Notes: generated by a model not told the origin, from the letters alone. Positions 36,269 to 46,334 are shown, numbered from the stretch's first letter. The stretch is 64,000 nt of DNA from an uncultured Chitinophagaceae bacterium (GCA_903907815.1 CAIVPM010000035.1:3776-67775), one strand, 5' to 3'. A program made the numbers and translations.

Positions 36269-36685
36269 ATGACTATAGCAGAATTTATTGCATTGCAACC
36301 AGCAGAGCGACAAGGGTTATTAGCGGAACTACATGAGCTTATACTTCAGAAAGATAAAACGGTAACGGCTGAAATTGCCCCAATGATGGGAAAGGATATG
36401 ATTATTTATAATGCTCCGGGAACATTTAAATATGGACTTGCAAGTGTAAAAAAACATATGTCGCTGCATGTTTTACCTATGTATATGAATCCTGCTATAT
36501 ACGATAAGTATAAAGGATTGTTGACAGCTGCAAACTTTCAGAAAGGCTGTATTAATTTCAACAGCAAAGAAGAAATGCCGCTGAAAATAGTAAAGGAGTT
36601 AATAGCTGAATGTGCTACAATTGATCTTAGGGCGTTAAGAGAAAAGCAACTTAATTCAAAAGCAAAGAAGTCGAAAAAGGAGTAG
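36269..36685 (+). CDS. DUF1801 (YdhG-like) domain protein
   Basis: Typical N-terminus FIALQPAERQGLLAELHELI and C-terminal GCINF...LIKELI pattern. Confidence 0.55.
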   Translation: MTIAEFIALQPAERQGLLAELHELILQKDKTVTAEIAPMMGKDMIIYNAPGTFKYGLASVKKHMSLHVLPMYMNPAIYDKYKGLLTAANFQKGCINFNSKEEMPLKIVKELIAECATIDLRALREKQLNSKAKKSKKE

Positions 36686-36807
36686 TCGATGAAAGTAGGT
36701 AATATTGATTTATTTTGTGGCTAGTTAATTGATTTAAATGGGATACTTTTATTTGGAAAATAATATTTATCTGGCAATTAATGAGTATTTAGATCTTTCA
36801 ATCAAAA

Positions 36808-37227
36808 ATGTATGCAGTGAAAACGTTTAATACAAAAATTGGAGTTGAATTTTTAGTCCCTTTATTATTAATATTAGGCTATTTGCTGTATGAATTAATG
36901 ATTAAATTTAGTATCTCTGGTCTATTAATTTTACTGCTGTTATTTTCTTTTTTTGCCTATATCTTTTTGTCTACTAAATATATTATTCGGGATAAGACAT
37001 TAGAAGTTAAATGTGGTTTCTTTTTAAACCAGTTAATTAATATTGATACTATACAAAAAGTAAAGGATGTGACAGATTTATTTGCTGCACCTGCAACCTC
37101 TATATTTAGAATAGAGATAAAGTATAATGATAATGAAAGCATTGTGATTTCGCCGAAAAATAAGCATGACTTTATTCAATTATTGCTGAATATTAATCCA
37201 AGAATAGAAATAGAAAAAAGTAAGTAA
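36808..37227 (+). CDS. membrane-anchored bacterial PH-domain protein (YdbS/YdbT-like)
   Basis: Two N-terminal TM helices followed by LEVKCGFFLNQLINIDTIQKVKD...FRIEIKYN. Confidence 0.5.
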   Translation: MYAVKTFNTKIGVEFLVPLLLILGYLLYELMIKFSISGLLILLLLFSFFAYIFLSTKYIIRDKTLEVKCGFFLNQLINIDTIQKVKDVTDLFAAPATSIFRIEIKYNDNESIVISPKNKHDFIQLLLNINPRIEIEKSK

Positions 37228-37250
37228 GGCTGTTATCAAAATATACTTGT

Positions 37251-37808
37251 ATGAATTTTGTAACAATAGAAACCAGCAGACTGTTATTAAAAGGCATTTC
37301 TTCGGAGGTGATGCATAATATTTTTAGTACGCTTTCAAAACCAGCCATTAAAGAACTTTTAGGACATAGAACTGAAGAAGACTATTTGCAGGAAGAGCAT
37401 AAATTTAAAAATGGATATTCCAGTTATAATAGAAGATTCTTACTTTTTTTATTGATTGATAAAGAGCTCAACGTCATAATTGGCAGATGTGGAATTCATA
37501 ACTGGAATGCAGATCATAAGAGAGCAGAGATTGGCTATAATATGCTGGATGAAAGTTATAAAAGAAAGGGTTTAATGACGGAAGCTGTGAGTAGTATAAT
37601 TGACTATGGATTTAACCAGCTTAAACTGCATAGACTGGAAGCGCTGGTAGGTATTAATAATATTGCCTCTTTAAAAATAATGGTAAGGTTTGATTTTGTA
37701 AATGAGGGCTTATTAAGACAACATTATTATATTGATGGCAAATATGAAGATTCTATAATGTTTTCTATAATTAGTGATGAGTATAAAAAGAAGAAGAGAA
37801 ATAGCTGA
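37251..37808 (+). CDS. GNAT N-acetyltransferase (RimJ/RimL-like)
   Basis: ETSRLLLK start. Motif A region KRKGLMTEAVSSIIDYGFNQLKLHRLEALV. NIASLKIM..GF..EGLLR. Confidence 0.8.
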   Translation: MNFVTIETSRLLLKGISSEVMHNIFSTLSKPAIKELLGHRTEEDYLQEEHKFKNGYSSYNRRFLLFLLIDKELNVIIGRCGIHNWNADHKRAEIGYNMLDESYKRKGLMTEAVSSIIDYGFNQLKLHRLEALVGINNIASLKIMVRFDFVNEGLLRQHYYIDGKYEDSIMFSIISDEYKKKKRNS

Positions 37809-37940
37809 AATACCTGACTCTTTAGTATTTAACTTTGAGTAAATCTCCTTTTATTAAATCAGTGCATTTTAATATCTTTCTGTAAGGGGTACTTATAATC
37901 TGGTATTATTTTTGTAGTTGCAATACGATAAAAACAACAC

Positions 37941-38558
37941 ATGTATTTAATTCATTTTCTATTTATTATTTTATGTTGGTTTAGCCATCCAAATACCAGC
38001 ATCCTTAATAATAAACTAAGCGACCCGCCAACATTTTATAATAAAGACAGTATTAATCAATTTATTATTAATTATTATCGTCAAGAGTTTGCTACACAAG
38101 AGCAGGATTATCCTGACGCGCTGATTAAAGTAGATACTATAGATGGGCTGATTAATATTAAGCATCAACTATATAAGGAACCTGATTATGGACCTATCAG
38201 GATTATTCCTGCACCCAGTGGATTTATTACCGGATATTTAAATGATGATCATAAAAAAGATTTAATAGTTTCTGTCTACTCAACCGAAGGTGGTCAATCG
38301 AGCTGGTTAGAAATTTTTGTTTTTATCAGTAAAAATAATCAGCTACAATTTTTTAGGAAATATACATCTTACGATTTAGGGTATTGCAAACGCGTAAAGG
38401 GTAAGGGAAAGTTTTATCCTGCTGCTATTATCAATAAAACCCTGGTGGGAGAAACAAGATGTTTTACGCCTAAAGATCCAGGATGTTGTCCGTCTGGTAT
38501 TGTAAAAACTAAATTTAAGTTCAGCAACGGTCTTCAATTAGTTAGTCAGTTGAAGTAA
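37941..38558 (+). CDS. hypothetical protein
   Basis: 205-aa ORF with a hydrophobic N-terminus. No motifs recognised. Confidence 0.4.
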   Translation: MYLIHFLFIILCWFSHPNTSILNNKLSDPPTFYNKDSINQFIINYYRQEFATQEQDYPDALIKVDTIDGLINIKHQLYKEPDYGPIRIIPAPSGFITGYLNDDHKKDLIVSVYSTEGGQSSWLEIFVFISKNNQLQFFRKYTSYDLGYCKRVKGKGKFYPAAIINKTLVGETRCFTPKDPGCCPSGIVKTKFKFSNGLQLVSQLK

Positions 38559-38608
38559 AGATGTTATTTAATTCTTGCTGGTAGTTGACAATAATATTGT
38601 ATTTAAAC

Positions 38609-39619
38609 TTATTGCATATTTAGCTCCATACGTTCCTGTATAATACTCAAAGGAGAAGCTAAAGCATTTACATACTGAAAGTTTCCTTCTCTGTTGTTAT
38701 TAATAGAAAGTTGAATAGGACAGGCTTCGCTTTGTACTGCATTTACTATAAACTCATTGCTGTCGTTATCATAATAAACATAAGGAGCGCCAGAGGAACC
38801 GAAACGGAAATAGCCTTTGATAAGGTATCTTAATCCTTCGAAAATATAGTTGCCTCCAAAGCGATCTTCGAAGCTACCATGATGGTCGAGAAAGCCTTCT
38901 ATCTGCGCCTTGTTTATCAGTCGTCCAAGAAAACCACCTGGAGAACTTTGCAGACAATAGTAATTGCGTTGATCGTCGTCGAGTACCTCATAATTGACCC
39001 CTATAGAAGGCAAAGCATCTATAATATCCTGATTGGTATTGACTATTTTATACAAGGCAATATCGGCGGAATAAAAAGCTTCTACCAGTTTTAGTTCAAT
39101 GAGGTATGTATGTCTGTTAAGTTGTGCTTCCTGTAAGTATGTGGTAGCATCAAATTGATTGGTTAAAGTCTGACTACCATAAAACTGTGGCTCTTTAAAC
39201 TGCGCAATAAGATATGGGGTGCAGATATTACGTTCGGTAAATGTTACCCAACGAGTATCGAAAGGAATGCTTTTAATAGTGTTGGCAATTGTTTGTACAT
39301 CGGGCTGATTTACAATATTGATATAGCGCTTTTGTGTAGCATTATCCAACAGGTAACATTGATTAAATAATTGTGCTTGAACCGGATTCAGTAAAGGCAT
39401 TAACTCTTGCTGAAAAATACTTTCTGGTATCGACTTTATCAGCACTGCTTCGGATCGAAGATTGTGTGCTACAGATAAAACATAACCATTGCCAATATGA
39501 AAAGCAGAGATGTTATTATCAAACTGACGACGATGAGGTTCGGCAGGATTGTGAATCCACATTATTCTGAATAAAGGAGAAGTCTGCTCGTTGGTTAAAG
39601 CCAGTTTCTTGCTAATCAT
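38609..39619 (-). CDS. trypsin-like serine protease fold protein, apparently cytoplasmic
   Basis: Candidate triad in canonical order: SVAHNL (His), SADIALYKI (Asp), RFGSSGAPYVY (Ser). No signal peptide. Confidence 0.5.
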   Translation of the reverse strand: MISKKLALTNEQTSPLFRIMWIHNPAEPHRRQFDNNISAFHIGNGYVLSVAHNLRSEAVLIKSIPESIFQQELMPLLNPVQAQLFNQCYLLDNATQKRYINIVNQPDVQTIANTIKSIPFDTRWVTFTERNICTPYLIAQFKEPQFYGSQTLTNQFDATTYLQEAQLNRHTYLIELKLVEAFYSADIALYKIVNTNQDIIDALPSIGVNYEVLDDDQRNYYCLQSSPGGFLGRLINKAQIEGFLDHHGSFEDRFGGNYIFEGLRYLIKGYFRFGSSGAPYVYYDNDSNEFIVNAVQSEACPIQLSINNNREGNFQYVNALASPLSIIQERMELNMQ

Positions 39620-39664
39620 GTTACTATATTTAAGAAGTTCGAAAGGTTTAAGGGGTTCAATAAG

Positions 39665-39765
39665 TTGAATACAAGTGCTAATTGTTTAATGGCTAAATTG
39701 TCAAATTACTAATCTGTGTTTGTATTCATTAGCACATTTGCTAATTATCAAATTAGCTAATTAGA
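39665..39765. repeat. mosaic intergenic repeat (back-to-back cores with ATTAGC/CTAATT words)
   Basis: GAATACAAGTGCTAATTG (39667-) and GTGTTTGTATTCATTAGCACATTTGCTAATTATCAAATTAGCTAATTAG (39716-39764). The latter runs into the stop codon of the 39761-40321 gene. Confidence 0.8.
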
Positions 39766-40321
39766 TTCTTGCTTTCCATGGAATTTCTTCCACTCTTTGC
39801 TGATGTCCAATATATCTTGCCAGCACAAAAAGGTAATCGCTTAAACGGTTTAAATACTTAATTACCAAAGGTTCTACAAAAGTATCCTGATGGTATAATA
39901 GCACTACATTACGTTCGGCTCTTCTGCAAATACAACGAGCAATATGCGCATTGGAAACAGCTATACTACCTCCAGGAATAATGAAGCTTTTCATTTCTGG
40001 AAGCACTTCATTCATGGTATCTATTTCTTTTTCCAGCAGAACAATATCTTCTTCTTTCAAATCGGGAATCTTCATGGATGTTTCCTTATCCGGATCACAG
40101 GCAAGAGATGCTCCTACTGTAAATAGTCTATCCTGCACTTCTCTTAATAGTGTAATGGTATGCGCATCTGCAAAGCTATCGGCCACCAAGCCAATATAGC
40201 TATTCAGTTCATCTACTGTGCCGTAGCTTTCTATACGTATATGACTCTTAGGAACTTTAGTACCGCCAATAAGCGATGTGTTGCCGGCATCACCGGTCTT
40301 TGTGTAGATTTTAAATGACAT
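39761..40321 (-). CDS. PduO-type ATP:cob(I)alamin adenosyltransferase
   Basis: N-terminus KIYTKTGDAGNTSL, then DELNSYIG and RAERN motifs. Confidence 0.85.
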   Translation of the reverse strand: MSFKIYTKTGDAGNTSLIGGTKVPKSHIRIESYGTVDELNSYIGLVADSFADAHTITLLREVQDRLFTVGASLACDPDKETSMKIPDLKEEDIVLLEKEIDTMNEVLPEMKSFIIPGGSIAVSNAHIARCICRRAERNVVLLYHQDTFVEPLVIKYLNRLSDYLFVLARYIGHQQRVEEIPWKARI

Positions 40322-41005
40322 TTAGTTCTTGTTATCGCTTTCTATGTGACCGTCTCTAAGACGAATAATTCTTTTTGCGTATCTTGCTATATCTTCTTCG
40401 TGCGTTACCAGTACTACGGTATTGCCAGCATCATGCAGTTTACTAAATATCTCCATTACTTCTATCGAAGTTTTACTATCCAGATTACCGGTTGGTTCAT
40501 CTGCCAGTAATATAGAAGGATTATTTACCAGCGCACGGGCAATAGCTACTCTCTGAATTTGTCCACCACTAAGCTCATTGGATTTATGATGACTTCTATC
40601 TTGTAAACCTACTTGTCTTAAGGCCTCTTCAGCTCTCTCGTTGCGTTCTTTTTTACCAACGCCAGCATATACCAATGGAAGCGCTACATTCTCGGCAGCA
40701 TTCAAACGAGGTAATAGATTAAACTGTTGAAACACGAAGCCGATTTCTTTATTTCTTACGGTAGCAAGATCGTCGTCGGGCATCCTGCTCACATCTTTAC
40801 TATTTAGAATATATCGGCCTCCTGTTGGCGAATCAAGACAGCCCAGAATGTTCATCAGTGTACTCTTGCCGCTACCCGATGGTCCCATTAGCGCCACATA
40901 TTCGTTCTTCTCTATCTGTAAAGAAATTCCTTTCAATACTTTTAGTGCCTCACCCCCCATGAAGTAACTTTTCTCGATATTTTCCAACACAATTAATGCT
41001 GACAT
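40322..41005 (-). CDS. ABC transporter ATP-binding protein (MacB/LolD-type)
   Basis: Walker [10 protein letters not shown], signature LSGGQIQRV, Walker [13 protein letters not shown]-loop and H-loop present. Confidence 0.9.
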   Translation of the reverse strand: MSALIVLENIEKSYFMGGEALKVLKGISLQIEKNEYVALMGPSGSGKSTLMNILGCLDSPTGGRYILNSKDVSRMPDDDLATVRNKEIGFVFQQFNLLPRLNAAENVALPLVYAGVGKKERNERAEEALRQVGLQDRSHHKSNELSGGQIQRVAIARALVNNPSILLADEPTGNLDSKTSIEVMEIFSKLHDAGNTVVLVTHEEDIARYAKRIIRLRDGHIESDNKN

Positions 41006-41023
41006 ATAGTAAAGTTTTAGCGG

Positions 41024-41314
41024 TTATTTCTTAATTACCTTCGGCACTTTAAAGAAAGTGTCATCTTTAATGGGAGAATTCTTTAATGCCTCCGTTCTGT
41101 TGATACTACCTTGAATTTCATCTTCTCTCAGCACATTTACTGCATCGCCCATATGTTGCAATGGTTGAATACCTGTAGTATCTACTTCCTGTAATTTTTC
41201 AACAAAAGCTATCATACCCTGTAAATCATTTTTGAACGCTTTTGTTTCCTCATCCGAGAAGCTAAGCCTCGAAAGGTTAGCCAGATGTTGTATCATTTGT
41301 TCTGTAACTTCCAT
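41024..41314 (-). CDS. gatC: Asp/Glu-tRNA amidotransferase subunit C
   Basis: 96 aa. ...IQHLANLSRLSFSDEE... and C-terminal FFKVPKVI pattern. Confidence 0.8.
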   Translation of the reverse strand: MEVTEQMIQHLANLSRLSFSDEETKAFKNDLQGMIAFVEKLQEVDTTGIQPLQHMGDAVNVLREDEIQGSINRTEALKNSPIKDDTFFKVPKVIKK

Positions 41315-41423
41315 AACAACAAAAATATGTGTTTGATGTTTAGCAGGGTGGAAAAAATGATAAAGCAGTTGAAAAGTGTTTTCAACGGTTGTTTAGTATA
41401 ATAGAAATAAGTGAAGAAGATGC

Positions 41424-42332
41424 TTAAGATTGTGCAGGTACTATCAACTTAAATGCTTTAGGCATTATGGATGCGGTAATTACCTCTTCTGTTTCTATTG
41501 GCTCTCCATCAATATGCAGCCTTGCAAGTTTTGTATTATGAATAGTAATAGAAGGAGTCTGGAAATATAGAATATTGTTTTTACTCACTTTATTCACCAC
41601 ATCTTCTACCAGATTGTTTCCTTTAATCTGTTTTAAAATTGCAAACGGCAGCTTTGACTTGTGCATTTTTTGTACAATAACAATATCCAGCAACCCATCA
41701 TTCAAACTGGCCTTTGGCGCAATGGTAAAGTTGTTTCCAAACTGATTACTATTGGCAATGCTGATAAAGAAAGCATCGGTAAAGAAAGAAAAGTCGGGCA
41801 ACTTTATCTCGAATAAATATGGATGGGCTTTAAAGAAGTTAACAATACTTTGCTGTGTATAGGTTAATAATCCTCTGGATGTTTTTTGCGCAAAATCGAA
41901 AGCAACCTGAGCGTCTAAGCCTACTCCACTTAACATACAGGAGTAGTGGTTATTTACCATAAAAGCATCCACATCTATTGTATTACCAATAAAAATTGTT
42001 TTAAGTGCTTTAAGAAAGTTAGGTGGAATATTAGCTGCAAAGGCCAGCCCATTTCCCGAACCCATAGGTATAATACCAAAAGGCAATTGAAGGTGTTTAA
42101 AGGTTTTGGTTAATTGATTTACAGTACCATCTCCACCTACAATAATTAAATCAGTAAAATGTTCATCTATTATTTTATGTTCTACCTCATTGTATTTCCC
42201 TTCAGAATTGGTATAAACCACATCAAAATCTATCTCATTTTTTATACACTTCTTTCGAATGATTGATTCAATGTTTTTCTTATTCCTGGTACCGGAAATA
42301 GGGTTTATAAAAAACAGTAGCTTTCTTTTCAT
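41424..42332 (-). CDS. diacylglycerol-kinase-family lipid kinase (YegS-like)
   Basis: FINPISG, GGDGTVN and PMGSGNGLA motifs. Confidence 0.8.
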   Translation of the reverse strand: MKRKLLFFINPISGTRNKKNIESIIRKKCIKNEIDFDVVYTNSEGKYNEVEHKIIDEHFTDLIIVGGDGTVNQLTKTFKHLQLPFGIIPMGSGNGLAFAANIPPNFLKALKTIFIGNTIDVDAFMVNNHYSCMLSGVGLDAQVAFDFAQKTSRGLLTYTQQSIVNFFKAHPYLFEIKLPDFSFFTDAFFISIANSNQFGNNFTIAPKASLNDGLLDIVIVQKMHKSKLPFAILKQIKGNNLVEDVVNKVSKNNILYFQTPSITIHNTKLARLHIDGEPIETEEVITASIMPKAFKLIVPAQS

Positions 42333-42341
42333 ACTATATAT

Positions 42342-42767
42342 CTATTGCCAGGAAACATTGGTTAGCAAAACGGGTGCAATTCTCATGGTCATTGCCATAA
42401 CAGAATCTTTAGGAGTGCTTATTGTATAAATACAGAAAGGTTGAGAACGGGTAAGCTCTTTTAATTTACTGATTGGAATAATAGTATAATTATTATTGCC
42501 AGAGGCATTTACCCTTAGCAGTTCTTTTCTGTTTACATCCATAACAATAAAACTTCTAAAGAAGCTGTCTGCATGGTTATTGCAATTATAAACCAGCTTT
42601 ATCTTTCCTTGTTTAGCAAGTGGCAATACTGTATTGGCTGTTTTCTGGAAAGTTTTTTTGGCAATGGTTTTATTATTCAACATAATATACCAGCAATAGG
42701 GTTGCTTTTTCTGAGCAGTTCCTATGCCAATAATCAATAAAGCAATTAATAACAATCTTGTTTTCAT
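42342..42767 (-). CDS. secreted hypothetical protein
   Basis: Signal peptide MKTRLLLIALLIIGIGTAQ. 141 aa, no family recognised. Confidence 0.45.
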   Translation of the reverse strand: MKTRLLLIALLIIGIGTAQKKQPYCWYIMLNNKTIAKKTFQKTANTVLPLAKQGKIKLVYNCNNHADSFFRSFIVMDVNRKELLRVNASGNNNYTIIPISKLKELTRSQPFCIYTISTPKDSVMAMTMRIAPVLLTNVSWQ

Positions 42768-42821
42768 AATTCAGGCTGCAAATTAAAGGTAGTTATGGTA
42801 AGTAATTGATAAAACAAAAAA

Positions 42822-42840
42822 GGTCGGCATAAAGCCGACC
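42822..42840. terminator. bidirectional intrinsic terminator hairpin
   Basis: GGTCGGC-ATAAA-GCCGACC, flanked by an A-run (42816-42821) and a T-run (42841-42845). Lies just downstream of the 42863-45979 gene on the minus strand. Confidence 0.65.
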
Positions 42841-42862
42841 TTTTTAACACTATTTAAAAGAG

Positions 42863-45800
42863 TTATTCTTTAATAACTTTCATCGTGGTAGAACCTTCGT
42901 TGGAATTGAATTTAATAATATAAATTCCTTTACTCCAGGTAGCTGTTTCTACATCTAAAGTACTGCTTAAGGTAGAATTGTTTTGATAAACAACTTTACC
43001 ACTGGCATCTGTAATTACAATACTTGTATTGGTATAAGAACCATTTTGTCTTTGAATAAACAAATTGTCCTTAACAGGATTTGGATAAACATTTACCCAG
43101 TTTTTACCTCCTAAATAAGCAACTATAACAACAGAACTGTAAGTAAACTTACCATCGTTATCTACTTGTTTTAAACGGTAATAGTATTTATTCCCTTTAA
43201 CGATATTAAGATCATTAAAAGAGTAGGTATTTAAACCATTAGTTCCAATACTTTTTACCCAGCCAATGCTACCATAGTTTTCACCATCGGTACTTCTTTG
43301 AACATCAAAACCATTGGTATTATATTCGTTAGCGGTAGTCCAGTCTAATACAACTGTATTTTCTCTTAAACCTCCTTTGAAATTCAACATTTTTAAAGGA
43401 AGTGTTGTTGTAGGATCTACCAGCATAAACGAACCCATTCCTTTGGTAAATACTTTGAAAGTATAAACACTATCTGTAATAAAACGGGAAGTATCAACAA
43501 CAGGAGTAAGTAATACTGCGTTACTTCCGTTTAAAGTCGAAGTAATGCTTACACCATCAAAAACTTGTAAAACTTTTAAAGTAGGAATTTTTGCACCCCA
43601 TACAGCTAACTCAGCTGTAGTGTAGTAAAATGTAATACTATCCAAAGAAGCGTTGTCTACATTTGCCTGAGCAAGTTTAAATACTTTTTTAGCTCTATTG
43701 TAAGATCCTGAAGCAGTAGTTACCGTAGTTTGCGTAGTACCTGCATCAATTAAGGAAACATTCAAACCAGGAATAGCACTTGGTCCGTTTTTAAATACGC
43801 AATATGCTTTATTGTTTAAGCTTCTGAATACATTGGTACTTAAAGCAGGAGCAGAAGAAGTGAAACTACTACTTAAATTTGTTTCAACTTTAAAAGGCAT
43901 ACCTCTTACAACCACTGAATCTATATTAAGACCAGGCGCTTTACCCGTCGTCATACCACCAGTTTCGAAGTAGAAAATCTGAACTATTTTCTTTCTTACT
44001 AAATCATAATCTGGAATCAATGAAATTCTTTTTGCAGTTGTCTGACCTACGTAAGGACCATAACCAGTATTTGCAGTACCACCAATAGTACCATAATATG
44101 GCCAGTTTTTTAATGTATCGCGATAGTCGTAATAAAGTGAGTAAGCATCATCGCCAGGTGCACCTGTAGTAGTGTTTGCAGCTAAGCCAGCAATTTTATA
44201 AGTAAATGCGAAAGTATCTAAGGTCTGCATACTTAAACCATTTACAACGCCAAACTCTAATACACAAACACCGCCTGTTTTAGTATAGGTATTTGCTTTA
44301 GTCGAAGTAGGAGTATTAGATACATATGCATACGAACCAGTCATGCCTGCAGAAGCTACGTTACCTATCACAAATGCATTAGGGTATCCTGTTGATGCAG
44401 CAGTATACCAGCCAGAAGGTAAAGCAGTTACGCTTCCAAAATTCTGACTAACTAAATTAGTTCTGTTTTGACCAATTTTAATGTTATCATCATCCAGAAT
44501 ATATACTCTTAATGATTGGGCATTAGTATCTTTTGTAACACCTGTTCCAGACACTGAGTAACTTAAATCTACATAACGATCTCCATCAATTATAGCATTA
44601 TCTAAAATTCTTAATTGAATGTTTTTTAGGTTATCTCCTTTAGCAAAAGTAATAGAAGGGTTCATTATCTGAAAGTCAACACCAGCAATCGCTGTACCAA
44701 TGGTACTTACAGTTAGTACAGAAGAATTATCAGTAGCAGCTTTTTCAATATTCAAAGGAATATTTACATCATGATAGTAAGTAGTTGTACCAGTATTGCC
44801 TGTTTCAACAGTAGTGATAGCACCGCTACATTCTACAAATTTAATTTTGTTGCTTCCTACCACATCCACCATCGCAACTGCATTGTTTAGTGTTTTTCTC
44901 CATGGGCTATTCAGCATAACAGTTTGCATTCTGTCCACCTGATTTTGAGTAAAGGTGTTCATAATATGATCGTCTGAATAGTCCATGTAATCTTCAAACA
45001 TTTCATCTTTAGTCCCACATACATTTGGTTTTGGGTGAGTAGGAGTACCATAGTTTGCAACCAAAGAAGGGGGAGTGTCATTTGCATAGTCTGTAGCACA
45101 GGTAGTAGCTGATGTACCATCACCCCAGATATGTCTAAGACCAAAGAAATGTCCTAATTCATGTGTTGCAGTTTTACCCATAGAGTAAACATTCGAACCA
45201 CACTGATTCTTGCTGTTTAAACTATTAGGATTAGTAACATTTACACTACCTACAGAAGTGAAATCTACAATTACACCGGCATTTTTAGCAGTTTCTGTAG
45301 CAGGGGTTAAGCCTGTTAAGGTAGAAGCAGTTGGGAATGTAGCAATACCTAATAAACTAGCATACGACATATCACAAACCCATACGTTTACATATTTTGT
45401 AGGATCCCAGATGGTAGATGCTTTAATAGTTGTCCAAAAATATCCTGAAGAATTTCCACAATCAAAAGTGGAAGAATCGGTCCAGCCATGAGAAGCTAAA
45501 TCCTGACGATCAATACCTGGCTCTGCTAATGTTGCTCCTGTTGGGCTTACTGCCGCCAAACCAAATTGAATTCCAGTATTTGCAGCAACTGCATAAGGAC
45601 TATTAGAAAGGTTAGCGTAGTCTTTATTCAATTGTAAAACCTCTTGTTGAACAAGGGTTTGAGAAATATTAGTTCTTACACCAACTGGCTCTCCATTATT
45701 AATAATATGAAATACAATCGGCACTTTATAAGAAACAGTGGTTCCGTTCTGAGCGCCAGCATTCTGATTCTTTTTAAATTGGTAAATAAGCGGTTGCAAC

Positions 45801-45979
45801 CAAGCTTCGAAGTCCTGATTACTCATTACTGATGGATTTTTTGTTCTTAAATCCTGTAAGTACTCGTCAGTATAGCACCTTACTCTTTTTTTAGGCAACT
45901 TAAATTCCTGTGCGGTTACTTGTCCAGCAAACAATAGGATTATTGTTATTGGCAGCAATAATTTGTGCAATTGTTTCAT
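42863..45979 (-). CDS. secreted zinc metalloprotease (M43/pappalysin-like) with Calx-beta-like region and T9SS C-terminal sorting tail
   Basis: Signal peptide. HELGHFFGLRHIWGD zinc motif. C-terminal ...GIYIIKFNSNEGSTTMKVIKE. Confidence 0.8.
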   Translation of the reverse strand: MKQLHKLLLPITIILLFAGQVTAQEFKLPKKRVRCYTDEYLQDLRTKNPSVMSNQDFEAWLQPLIYQFKKNQNAGAQNGTTVSYKVPIVFHIINNGEPVGVRTNISQTLVQQEVLQLNKDYANLSNSPYAVAANTGIQFGLAAVSPTGATLAEPGIDRQDLASHGWTDSSTFDCGNSSGYFWTTIKASTIWDPTKYVNVWVCDMSYASLLGIATFPTASTLTGLTPATETAKNAGVIVDFTSVGSVNVTNPNSLNSKNQCGSNVYSMGKTATHELGHFFGLRHIWGDGTSATTCATDYANDTPPSLVANYGTPTHPKPNVCGTKDEMFEDYMDYSDDHIMNTFTQNQVDRMQTVMLNSPWRKTLNNAVAMVDVVGSNKIKFVECSGAITTVETGNTGTTTYYHDVNIPLNIEKAATDNSSVLTVSTIGTAIAGVDFQIMNPSITFAKGDNLKNIQLRILDNAIIDGDRYVDLSYSVSGTGVTKDTNAQSLRVYILDDDNIKIGQNRTNLVSQNFGSVTALPSGWYTAASTGYPNAFVIGNVASAGMTGSYAYVSNTPTSTKANTYTKTGGVCVLEFGVVNGLSMQTLDTFAFTYKIAGLAANTTTGAPGDDAYSLYYDYRDTLKNWPYYGTIGGTANTGYGPYVGQTTAKRISLIPDYDLVRKKIVQIFYFETGGMTTGKAPGLNIDSVVVRGMPFKVETNLSSSFTSSAPALSTNVFRSLNNKAYCVFKNGPSAIPGLNVSLIDAGTTQTTVTTASGSYNRAKKVFKLAQANVDNASLDSITFYYTTAELAVWGAKIPTLKVLQVFDGVSITSTLNGSNAVLLTPVVDTSRFITDSVYTFKVFTKGMGSFMLVDPTTTLPLKMLNFKGGLRENTVVLDWTTANEYNTNGFDVQRSTDGENYGSIGWVKSIGTNGLNTYSFNDLNIVKGNKYYYRLKQVDNDGKFTYSSVVIVAYLGGKNWVNVYPNPVKDNLFIQRQNGSYTNTSIVITDASGKVVYQNNSTLSSTLDVETATWSKGIYIIKFNSNEGSTTMKVIKE

Positions 45980-46204
45980 ACATTAAAATGTTTTGTAAAC
46001 GATAAAAGTAATAGAATTTATCATATTGAATAATTAAATCGGCACTTTAAGAAACTTTTAATGGAGTTTAAAGTTTCTTTTTTTAATAATTTCTAAAAAA
46101 GTAGGAACAGTAAGTAATACATTTGCAACTGTTTTTTAAACCCGGATTTTGAAGTAGGAATCGTTATGAAAGCTACAAATGCAATAAAGACAAGTGTTTA
46201 AGCA

Positions 46205-46263
46205 GATTTTTTGTTTGCAGGCATAGTAAACTATGGCAATAACAAAAAATCAAGCAAATACTG
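46205..46263 (+). repeat. 59-nt hairpin-forming insertion flanked by an 11/12-nt direct duplication inside the yebC upstream region
   Basis: GTGTTTAAGCA (46194-46204) and GTGTTTGAAGCA (46264-46275) flank ATTTTTTGTTTGC-AGG-CATAGT-AA-ACTATG-GCAATAACAAAAAAT. The insert is absent from the copy at 32957-33064. Confidence 0.6.
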
Positions 46264-46334
46264 GTGTTTGAAGCATTTGGAGTTTGTAATAGAATCTCTA
46301 CTGCAAATTCTGGATAAAATAGATAAATACAATT

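Noticed and set aside
46049-46084. 10-bp A/T-rich hairpin AAGAAACTTT/AAAGTTTCTT followed by a T-run in the divergent spacer upstream of the metalloprotease gene
   Set aside because: No plus-strand gene precedes it, the stem has a single G-C pair, and A/T-rich palindromes are expected by chance in this low-GC spacer.
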